From a virus (Duplodnaviria > Caudoviricetes): a DNA stretch of 64,000 nucleotides. Under the pieces are notes generated by a model, which worked only from the letters and a program-made list of their open reading frames with translations, made no database searches and had not been told where the DNA came from. The position numbers were made by a program, and so were the translations under genes. The stretch lies in the IMG/VR virus record IMGVR_UViG_3300033407_000009, positions 6,269 through 70,268 of that record, one strand, 5' to 3'. Numbering within the stretch: position 1 is the stretch's first letter; every line of letters starts with the position of its first letter. Of this stretch, positions 56,349-64,000 are shown piece by piece.

Positions 56349-57899
56349 GTGGGGTGTGTGGCCCTCGTAACGACATTGGGCACGCCGGACGTAATCAGCA
56401 TCCAGGTCGCGGTTGCACTTGCCGATAGCCTTAGTAATCCGACCGTCAACTTACAGGGTGCCTGCGTGCTCTGCTGGAACGGATCGACTTGGGATCGTGT
56501 GTCTGGCGACACGACTGGTCTATACGTGCACGGTCCCGCCGCTGAGAACGCAGCCGTCGGCGGGAATCCGCTTCTGGCTGGCGGCCGCTATGACGCAACG
56601 CCTCGTACGCTAGACGATGGAGACGTGGGAGCTGTCGCCCTGGACGCCGACGCAGCTGTCCATGTCTCGGACGGCGGAAACTCACTCACCGTTGATGGAA
56701 CGGTCACGGCTAATCTGTCTGCAACCGACAATGCTGTGCTGGATGCGATTCAAGCCGCCGTCGAAGGCACGCTCACCGTCGGCAGCCATGCCGTCCAGGA
56801 AGACGGTGCCGCATTGACCGCTCTGCAACTGATCGATGATGCGGTCTACACGGATGGCACAGGGACGCCCAGCAAGGGGCTGGCCGTCATGGGTACCGAC
56901 GGCACGAATCCGCAGCTGGTGTCGGTTACGACAGGCGGACACGTCCACATCCACGACGGCGGAAATGCGATTACCGTGGACGGCACGGTGGCAGTAAGCG
57001 GTACAGTAACCGTCGGCTCTCACGCTGTAACGAACGCTGGCACTTTTGCTGTCCAAGAAGACGGTGCCGCGCTCACTGCACTGCAGCTGATCGATGATGC
57101 TGTCTACACCGACGGGACCGGCACGCCGTCCAAGGGCATCCTCATCATGGGTTCGGACGGCACGAATCCGCAGTCGATTCTGACGAATACCCAAGGATGT
57201 ATTCGCGTCATCAACGCCAGCGGTGGTGCGCTGCTGGTCGGCACCCATACCGACGACACGGCGTTCAGCGGCTCGACAAACATCGTGGCCGTCGGAGGTG
57301 TGTATAACGCCATCCTGGATCCTGTAGACGACGGCGATGGCGGTGCGTGCCACATCACCGAGTACCGGGGACTGCACGTCAATTTGCGGCAGGCCGACGG
57401 TACAGAGATCACCAGCGGCGGAGGTGTCGAGGCGGAAGCGCTACGCGTCACAATCGCCAGCGACTCGACTGGCGTTCTGAGCGTCGATGACAACGGCGGC
57501 GCTCTTACCGTTGATGGCACCGTCAACCTGGCACCGACGACAAGCGGTGGATTGACACCGTTCTATTCGGTCGATCTGGATGAGAGTGAAGAGCAGATCA
57601 AGGCCACTGCAGGACAAGTGTACGGCTGGCAGATCACCAACGTGGCCACGACACCTCGCTACGTGAAGTTCTACAACGCGACTGCGGCGACGGTTGTAGT
57701 GGGGACGACTGCGCCGGCGTTCACTTTGGAAATTCCATCGCAGGGCGACGCAAACGCGGCTGGTGTAGTGATGCCGATAGCTGCGATGGGTATCGAGTTC
57801 ACGACGGCAATCACCGTCGCTGCAACAACCGGAGCCGCTGACAATGACACAGGTGCACCGGGAGCCGGCGAAGTAAAAATTGCCGTGTTTTACAAATGA
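56349..57899 (+). CDS. virion structural (fibre-like) protein with internal duplication; start probably further upstream (~56265)
   Basis: G/T/D-rich; duplicated ~45-aa unit QEDGAALTALQLIDDAVYTDGTGTPSKG...DGTNPQ. Confidence 0.7.
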   Translation: MGCVALVTTLGTPDVISIQVAVALADSLSNPTVNLQGACVLCWNGSTWDRVSGDTTGLYVHGPAAENAAVGGNPLLAGGRYDATPRTLDDGDVGAVALDADAAVHVSDGGNSLTVDGTVTANLSATDNAVLDAIQAAVEGTLTVGSHAVQEDGAALTALQLIDDAVYTDGTGTPSKGLAVMGTDGTNPQLVSVTTGGHVHIHDGGNAITVDGTVAVSGTVTVGSHAVTNAGTFAVQEDGAALTALQLIDDAVYTDGTGTPSKGILIMGSDGTNPQSILTNTQGCIRVINASGGALLVGTHTDDTAFSGSTNIVAVGGVYNAILDPVDDGDGGACHITEYRGLHVNLRQADGTEITSGGGVEAEALRVTIASDSTGVLSVDDNGGALTVDGTVNLAPTTSGGLTPFYSVDLDESEEQIKATAGQVYGWQITNVATTPRYVKFYNATAATVVVGTTAPAFTLEIPSQGDANAAGVVMPIAAMGIEFTTAITVAATTGAADNDTGAPGAGEVKIAVFYK

Positions 57900-58059
57900 G
57901 CGTCGGATTCTGGGTGGCATACATGGGGATCTACGGCGGCGGGCCGGTGGCCGACTTTCCTACGACAACGATGGGTGACGCCGAGAGGCATCCATACGCA
58001 CAAATCGAGGAAGTCAGGCACTTGCAGTCTCAGATCGAGGGAGTCAGGCATACTCAGTA

Positions 58060-59256
58060 ATGGCCATTGAACTCACAATCTGGACGTACGAAGACGCCGT
58101 CGAGCGGCTCTTGGACTCGTTCGAATACACCAAGAGCGGCAAGCAGCATCGCCTTGCGCGGGAAGCGGTGTTGAACTGCTACCGGGACCTCCCAACCAAG
58201 CACCAGTGGAAGTATTACAAGCGGCGCCACGTCCTCCAGACGAGCGCCCAGTACACGACAGGAACCGTAGCTTTCGACTATACGGGCGGCACGAACGAGC
58301 GAGAACTGACGCTGTCAGGCGGCACTTGGCCAACGGACGCTGCCTACGGTGTCATCCAGATCGGCAACGACAATTGGCCGGTCGCCTCGCGCGTCAGCAG
58401 CACCGTTCTCATCCTGGACATTGACAGAAACCCTGGAGCGGACATTGCCTCGGGAACTGCGTATACGTGGTATCGGGAATCGTACCCCCTGCCTGTGCTT
58501 ACCAGAAGGATCGGGGAGATTGTCGATCCGGACGACTACAACGCATTGAAGTACGTCCACGAGGAACTGGCGCTCACGCTTCAAAGGGGGTATTACGGAG
58601 CAACCACGGATCGTCCGGAATGGTACACGATCAGAAACGACGATCGCTTCATCAACTCGCTGTCTGTCGTCTTTGGCCCGCCACCAAACACGCAGCGAAC
58701 GTACGAACTGGTGGAAGCATCCAGTGGCCGCCCGCTAGTCACCGAAGTGTATTCCACGGGGACGGCTGGCGTATCGGCGGACTCGGCGGTGGTTACCCTC
58801 ACCGGCGCCAGTCTCGTCGGTGCCAAGCACCTAGGAGGAATTCTGCGACTGACGGACAGCACGACGGTGCTTCCAACCTCCCTCAGGGGTGGATTGTCAG
58901 CTGACAACCCGTACCTTTATCAGCGCGTCATCATGAGCGTGGATAGTTCCACTCAGGTGACGGTGGATCAGGTGGTTCCGGAAACGCTCTCCGGCGTCAA
59001 ATTCACCATTTCGTCACCCATTGACATCGAAACCGGCGCCATGACAACTCTGTTCTGGCGGATGTGCGAGAGAGAGTTTGCCGAGCTGCTCAACGCTGAC
59101 AACAAAGAGCTTGCGAAGCGGCTCGCTGCCGAAGAGAGAGCTCTGGGCTGGGGGAAGGACGCCGATCGCAGGAGCACTCAGATCCAGACGGCCGTCTCGC
59201 CACCATGGGGTGCCGGCGCCGCCTTCCTGGTAGGAGACGTATCACCTCTTGGTTGA
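58060..59256 (+). CDS. head-tail adaptor/tail tubular-like protein
   Basis: REAVLNCYRDL...WKYY...YTTGTV...Y.LP pattern. Confidence 0.55.
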   Translation: MAIELTIWTYEDAVERLLDSFEYTKSGKQHRLAREAVLNCYRDLPTKHQWKYYKRRHVLQTSAQYTTGTVAFDYTGGTNERELTLSGGTWPTDAAYGVIQIGNDNWPVASRVSSTVLILDIDRNPGADIASGTAYTWYRESYPLPVLTRRIGEIVDPDDYNALKYVHEELALTLQRGYYGATTDRPEWYTIRNDDRFINSLSVVFGPPPNTQRTYELVEASSGRPLVTEVYSTGTAGVSADSAVVTLTGASLVGAKHLGGILRLTDSTTVLPTSLRGGLSADNPYLYQRVIMSVDSSTQVTVDQVVPETLSGVKFTISSPIDIETGAMTTLFWRMCEREFAELLNADNKELAKRLAAEERALGWGKDADRRSTQIQTAVSPPWGAGAAFLVGDVSPLG

Positions 59257-59713
59257 TTTCCTGTACAAGCAGTCCTTGGACACCATTGCGGCCGACATCC
59301 TGGCCAACGTGTCCGCTCTGAGCGACCTGCCAACTGGCAGCACACTTCCCGTGCGCTACCTGGACTGGGAGGATGTGGTGAAACACGGCGGGGTTACGAT
59401 GCGATGGGTGGAGGAATACCCGGTTGCAAGAGGCGGAACGAACGAGCGAGATCTAAACGTGTACCCGTGCATCCTCTGTGTTGTCATTCAGGAGCGTCTT
59501 CAACTGACAAACGAGGCCACTGGCGTGGGTGACTTCCTGCAGGCCGTAAGGCGCCGCTACAGCCACCAGAGAAGACTCTCGGCAGTAAGCGATTCCGGTA
59601 CGAACGAGATCGTCTGCACGGTGGAACGAGGCCCCCGGGCACCGAGAGACTATCGGGACAAGAACATTCAGACCATGGCTATAATGGCCTGGTTCATCGA
59701 GTCACGAGGATAA
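59249..59713 (+). CDS. tail terminator/completion-like protein
   Basis: Size, position before the tube gene, GGTNERDLNVYP motif. Confidence 0.45.
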   Translation: MVDFLYKQSLDTIAADILANVSALSDLPTGSTLPVRYLDWEDVVKHGGVTMRWVEEYPVARGGTNERDLNVYPCILCVVIQERLQLTNEATGVGDFLQAVRRRYSHQRRLSAVSDSGTNEIVCTVERGPRAPRDYRDKNIQTMAIMAWFIESRG

Positions 59714-59747
59714 CCACAGCTCCCGAACCTGTCCGGGGAGTAAGTGG

Positions 59748-60710
59748 ATGTCCGGTGGCACTCATAGCCAGGGGGTGTTTTCCAAGCTCTTGATCGAGCC
59801 GGGAACCAGCCCCCACACGTTCGACGCGAACTCGGAACGCTACGAGTTCCTGCGCGAAAACCTGCGCATGCACGAACGCATCGTAGGCGGCGGGGAGATG
59901 ACCGGCTCCCGCTCCCGGCGCCATGAGCGCACCCGCCTCGGCGTCCCCTACATCTACGGATCCATCCTTAAGTGGATCTCACCCGCGGAACTGGACACGC
60001 TGTTGATCCACATGCTGGGGAACAATCAATCCCCCACGGATCAATTCAATCTCACCGAATCCCTCCCGTACTGCGGGATTCTCTTGGATCGTGACGAGGG
60101 CGTCTTCCAGTACAACGACAACAAGGTAACTCGGTGGATTCTCAGGGGGACGGCGCCGGAACTGAACGATCAGTCTGCTCCCGAACTTGTCACTCTGGAG
60201 CTCTTTGTCATCGGCAGCCAGGAGGTAGGGCCCAACGATTCTGGCGCCCCCTCCTGGCCGGGCTCCGAGCCTTCGTTAGGAACCAGCGCCGCATACGCTC
60301 CCTACGTTCTTTCAGACACGGACAGCGCTGTCACGATCAAGGGATCAGCACGCGCCATCACCGAGTTCGTTCTCGTCTGCGATCACCGCTGCTACGCACG
60401 GTACGTGAACAGTCTCGTTCCACATTCGATCATCGAGCGGGACCGGATCATCCGGGCGCGGTTCCGACTGCCCTGGAATTCGACGTACTCGAGCCTCTAC
60501 GCCACCGATCTGGCCGGCGCGGCAGCGTCTGTTGTGCTGACCAACGGAGCATTCAGCACCACCTGGACGTTCGACCGACTGCAGATCGCCAGGAACACGC
60601 CAGCAGCGGACAGGGGGAGAGAAGAGATTGGATTGATCCTGGACGGCCAGGTGACAGACAGAAGCCTGGACTCAAACGAACTGTTGGTACTTAACGATGC
60701 AACAGCCTGA
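59748..60710 (+). CDS. tail tube protein (putative)
   Basis: EFLRENL...GEMTGSRSR...RTRLG..G.I...ELDTLL pattern of phage tube proteins. Confidence 0.6.
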   Translation: MSGGTHSQGVFSKLLIEPGTSPHTFDANSERYEFLRENLRMHERIVGGGEMTGSRSRRHERTRLGVPYIYGSILKWISPAELDTLLIHMLGNNQSPTDQFNLTESLPYCGILLDRDEGVFQYNDNKVTRWILRGTAPELNDQSAPELVTLELFVIGSQEVGPNDSGAPSWPGSEPSLGTSAAYAPYVLSDTDSAVTIKGSARAITEFVLVCDHRCYARYVNSLVPHSIIERDRIIRARFRLPWNSTYSSLYATDLAGAAASVVLTNGAFSTTWTFDRLQIARNTPAADRGREEIGLILDGQVTDRSLDSNELLVLNDATA

Positions 60711-61116
60711 TGACTTCAACGAACTGGCCCAGCAGCTCGGCCGTGCCATGCTCAATGCATTCAAGCAGATGCAGCAGGTGCCGCCCAGCGAAAGCGTGCC
60801 ACCCTTGGATCTTCCGGATACAGCACGCCCGGAAAGGGACATGCTCCGCCGCTTCAGCGAAGACGATCCTTCCGGCCTCCACGCCTACCAGGTGGAGCAT
60901 GAGGCGAGGAACCGCGTTCCGCACGAGTCGTCCACTCGGCTCCTGGATCAGCTGGGCGAGAAGGGGGAAGTCGAGAGCCGCTTTCGCAATCGGGAAATGG
61001 ATTTGATCGAGGACATGATGCGGGACATTGGGAACGACCACATGCGGCTGGAGTCCATAACCAACGCATACGAGATCGGGCGTGAATCACTCTGTGGTGG
61101 AAATGAAATGTACTGA
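60697..61116 (+). CDS. hypothetical tail-region protein
   Basis: Helical 139-aa ORF after the tube gene. Confidence 0.5.
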   Translation: MQQPDDFNELAQQLGRAMLNAFKQMQQVPPSESVPPLDLPDTARPERDMLRRFSEDDPSGLHAYQVEHEARNRVPHESSTRLLDQLGEKGEVESRFRNREMDLIEDMMRDIGNDHMRLESITNAYEIGRESLCGGNEMY

Positions 61117-61886
61117 TGACGTACTTCAAGATCGGAAACTACCAACACCCGAACGGCGAAGTCTTTCTCACCCGTCACGAGGCGTACAACAACTACTCGG
61201 CCCGTGACGAGCGAGTGAGCCGCACCCATCGTCTGCACATTTCCGGCCAGATCATCGCCGATACCGCTGCGGAGTTTCTGTCCCGCGCGAACGAACTGAA
61301 TATCGCCTATGCCAACGATTACGAAACAGTCGGACTCTACAACGATGATGGAACGCCGACCACGCATGTTCTGGATACCACGGCAACAGACAATCTGTCA
61401 GGCAACAAGATCGAGTATCTGTCCTGGAACACGGAGGATCCCGCGGAACTGGCGACACACCGCTCCTTCTCGGCAGTCATTCGGGCCACGTTCGATTTCG
61501 CGTCCAGCGAGATTATGCACTTCGCGGAGACGATCACGCGGATCGGTGCCACGACTGGCCGGTATGTGTGGGTGATCACTCCTGTGCCTACTCACCTGGT
61601 TGGAGTCCCGCCGTTTCAAACCGTGGTGTCTCCAATCCGGCAGCTCGTGAGTCAGTTCACCCCCCAAACGATCATCCAGTATGGGCACATTGTCGGCTGG
61701 AGCACCTATCCATTTGGGAACGTTCCACCCCCGGTGTTCCCACAGTACGAGCAGCCGCTGAGGCGACAGATCGTAACCCACCGCCCGAAGTGGCACGGCA
61801 ATCAGCACCGTGAGTACGGCGTGTCCTGGCGCTACGTGATGCAGCTGTACCCACCCGCATTCCCTCTACCGACAGTCCTTTCGTAG
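61116..61886 (+). CDS. tail/baseplate-region protein
   Basis: In-operon ORF. Confidence 0.55.
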   Translation: MTYFKIGNYQHPNGEVFLTRHEAYNNYSARDERVSRTHRLHISGQIIADTAAEFLSRANELNIAYANDYETVGLYNDDGTPTTHVLDTTATDNLSGNKIEYLSWNTEDPAELATHRSFSAVIRATFDFASSEIMHFAETITRIGATTGRYVWVITPVPTHLVGVPPFQTVVSPIRQLVSQFTPQTIIQYGHIVGWSTYPFGNVPPPVFPQYEQPLRRQIVTHRPKWHGNQHREYGVSWRYVMQLYPPAFPLPTVLS

Positions 61887-61896
61887 GAGCAGACAG

Positions 61897-62490
61897 ATGA
61901 CTATTACCGCTGGCGCAACAGTCACCATCCAGCAGATCCGGCGCGCGGATCTCAGCCAGGATGAAGTGAAGCTGTACCCGATTCCTTTCACCAGCCTGAG
62001 GGTGTTCGACGCGATCACGACGCTCCTTCCCAATGCGGGCGGCACAGATGATTTGGGGCTGATTGGTGGGACACACGGCAGCGCCACCCCCAGCCTTCAG
62101 TCCAGCGATTTCGGCGGAAGCACGATCGGACAAAAGGCGCGTTTCCTCTGGCAGCTCCCCCCGGAGTACGACGCTGGACAAACGATCCAGATCATGGCAC
62201 ATGGCGGGATGCTGACGACGGTCGCCGATACCACGGCTACGATCGATTTTTCTGTTTTCAAATCGGACAACGAAGCTGGGGTAGATGGATCGGATCTCGT
62301 GGAAACCGTAGCCCAGTCGATCAACAGCCTCACTCTGGCGGACAAAATCTTCACGCTCACCGGATCCGGACTGCAGCCTGGCGACTGGCTGGACGTGCTG
62401 ATGACGTTCGACGGCGTCGACAGTGGGGATGCCGGGGTAATGAAGGGGATCATTTCCATGCTGGCCTTCCGTCTGGATATTCGAGGCTGA
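61897..62490 (+). CDS. virion structural protein
   Basis: RBS GGAG; beta-rich. Confidence 0.55.
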   Translation: MTITAGATVTIQQIRRADLSQDEVKLYPIPFTSLRVFDAITTLLPNAGGTDDLGLIGGTHGSATPSLQSSDFGGSTIGQKARFLWQLPPEYDAGQTIQIMAHGGMLTTVADTTATIDFSVFKSDNEAGVDGSDLVETVAQSINSLTLADKIFTLTGSGLQPGDWLDVLMTFDGVDSGDAGVMKGIISMLAFRLDIRG

Positions 62491-62491
62491 T

Positions 62492-64000
62492 GTGGGACTG
62501 GGCGCCGTTACATTTTCGGACCTCACTGCGCTCGCAGGGGGAGAGATGACGCTCAGCCGCGGCGTGCGGCCGAGCACGTGTCTGTTGCGCAGCATCCCCT
62601 CCGAAGAGAACCTGGATCGCAAGATCGGCACACTCACGTTCCATTGGGACGAGCCGCTGACGGAGATCTCGTTCCCGGATTCAGCCGTCGCGGAAGTCAT
62701 CCAGCGCAATCTCATTGGCCGCGAAGGGTGGATGTTCGACATCAAGGTTGTCGATCGGAGGTGGAAGTGGCGTTATCACCGGATCGACGGCACGTACAAC
62801 ATGCGTGCGCCGGACGGAACGGTTCACGACACTTATAAAAAGAACTCAGCGCAATTAGCTGGATTGCTGCTGGACGCAATGGGCGAGACTGGATACAGCG
62901 TGGGCCTTATGCCGACCACGGTATTCCCGCCTGTGATGTGGAACCGCGCCCGTGCAGCGCTGGAACTTGAGTGGCTGTGCGATCTCCTGGGGTTTGTTGT
63001 CGTCCTGCAGCTGGACAACACGGTGGCCATTAAGCGGCTCAATGACGATGCCGGCGCAAACCTTCCGGACGGAGCGATCGTCACACCAGCACACTTCCCC
63101 TGGAAGCCGGCGGCCATGCCGGCCACCTTGAGAGTTCAGGCCGACCCCACCGTCATTCAGGACGAAATGACACTCGAACCCGTGGGATTGGATTCCGATG
63201 GCAGCATCCAGCCAATAGACGACTTGAGCTACAAGCCGGCCGGAGGATGGGGCGATCAGTGGCCAGGAGCCTTCCCCTCTGTGGCCATTGAGGATCGGCA
63301 CCTGGCGTTTCAAACGGTGTGGCGATGGTGGCGGCCGGTGACGACTTCATTCCCTGACGGGGATACGGAAACGATCACATCCCTGGAGCAGGTGGAGCTT
63401 CTGGATCACTTGGTTGAAGTGGGTGCGGATCCAGATGGAGTACTGAAGCCGCTTCCACCAGTCGTGCGCGGCACTTTCTGGCCGCTGCAGGATCTGGAAG
63501 ACGACACAGGAACGGACGTCGTCTATTCGGGAAACTTCCGCATCCTGGCCGACAAGCAGGTTGTCGAGTTCGAGTATCCCGTGTACTCAGTTTCTTCCGG
63601 ACAGATATCCGAGCCGACGCTGAAATTGATCACAGCCTACCGTGTTCGCAAATCCGACGGATCCGGATACGGCGTGTTCACGTCGGACCAGAACCTTTCC
63701 GCCACGGGTGGTAGCGGGATCCGTGTGCTGCAACACCCCGAACTGACCAAGAAGATTGTCACGACGCCAGTCTACGGGTCCGTGAGTTCCAACGCATTTT
63801 CGATCGGCGCGGAAGCCACAACGTACCTGCTAAATGTCAACCGCACGTACAACTTCGCGCAGGCTCAGGACGTGACCTACAACGGGATCGTGAAGCAGGA
63901 CCTGGATGGCGCCATTGCCCAGATCAGTTGGCGCGTCGGAAAGGGCGTGCCGGCCTTCACGAGAATCGGGCGGTACACGAACCTTCCATTTACACCTTAC
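62492..64000 (+). CDS. tail hub/baseplate-like protein, 3'-partial (absent from the ORF track)
   Basis: GTG at 62492 opens a frame (VGLGAVTF...DRRWKWRY...LLLDAMGETG...ELEWLCDLLG) with no stop found by eye before the window end. Confidence 0.55.
   Translation, partial: MGLGAVTFSDLTALAGGEMTLSRGVRPSTCLLRSIPSEENLDRKIGTLTFHWDEPLTEISFPDSAVAEVIQRNLIGREGWMFDIKVVDRRWKWRYHRIDGTYNMRAPDGTVHDTYKKNSAQLAGLLLDAMGETGYSVGLMPTTVFPPVMWNRARAALELEWLCDLLGFVVVLQLDNTVAIKRLNDDAGANLPDGAIVTPAHFPWKPAAMPATLRVQADPTVIQDEMTLEPVGLDSDGSIQPIDDLSYKPAGGWGDQWPGAFPSVAIEDRHLAFQTVWRWWRPVTTSFPDGDTETITSLEQVELLDHLVEVGADPDGVLKPLPPVVRGTFWPLQDLEDDTGTDVVYSGNFRILADKQVVEFEYPVYSVSSGQISEPTLKLITAYRVRKSDGSGYGVFTSDQNLSATGGSGIRVLQHPELTKKIVTTPVYGSVSSNAFSIGAEATTYLLNVNRTYNFAQAQDVTYNGIVKQDLDGAIAQISWRVGKGVPAFTRIGRYTNLPFTPY

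Noticed and set aside
58453-58461. GGAACTGCG as another solo repeat
   Set aside because: Only 9 nt, lacks the TTT, and lies inside a coding region.
1-64000. Diversity-generating retroelement, retron or cas1/cas2 adaptation module
   Set aside because: No reverse transcriptase motifs, template/variable repeat pair or Cas1/Cas2-like ORFs were recognised.

Overview
The window is most of a GC-rich temperate tailed-phage (Caudoviricetes) genome. It looks circularly permuted or non-integrated, because no host genes are seen. The host is probably a planctomycete (inferred from CsrA, a DUF1580-like HTH, an HzsA-like protein and a Tat-signal protein). Order: end of a large virion/ejection-like protein (1-2 kb); lysogeny module with serine recombinase, XRE repressor, HNH, tyrosine integrase, complete tRNA-Pro(CGG) and xis-like HTH (2.4-6.1 kb); a long rightward early/replication operon with CsrA, PolB-like exonuclease, SSAP, SSB-like, RecD2 helicase, ERCC4 nuclease, P4-type primase-helicase and an iteron-rich origin (6.1-26.7 kb); a leftward hairpin-punctuated cassette array with a beta-clamp-like gene (26.7-29.4 kb); a sigma-like regulator; and the late region with Tad1, lysis candidates, scaffold, capsid, glycosyl/methyltransferases, terminase, portal and tail genes. 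The most notable element is at the head of the early operon. It is a compact Cas12f-like protein whose RuvC catalytic residues appear lost and whose C-terminus is truncated. It comes with a 4-repeat mini CRISPR array, a structured upstream RNA carrying two anti-repeat segments (tracrRNA-like), and three dispersed solo copies of the repeat 3' end (TTTGGAACTGCG). These copies lie at the RBS of its own operon, before the primase, and inside a stand-alone promoter-to-terminator small RNA at the start of the late region. No cas1/cas2/cas4 is present. This suggests a phage-encoded RNA-guided regulatory (non-cleaving) system. All family assignments are by motif recognition from memory, not database searches.
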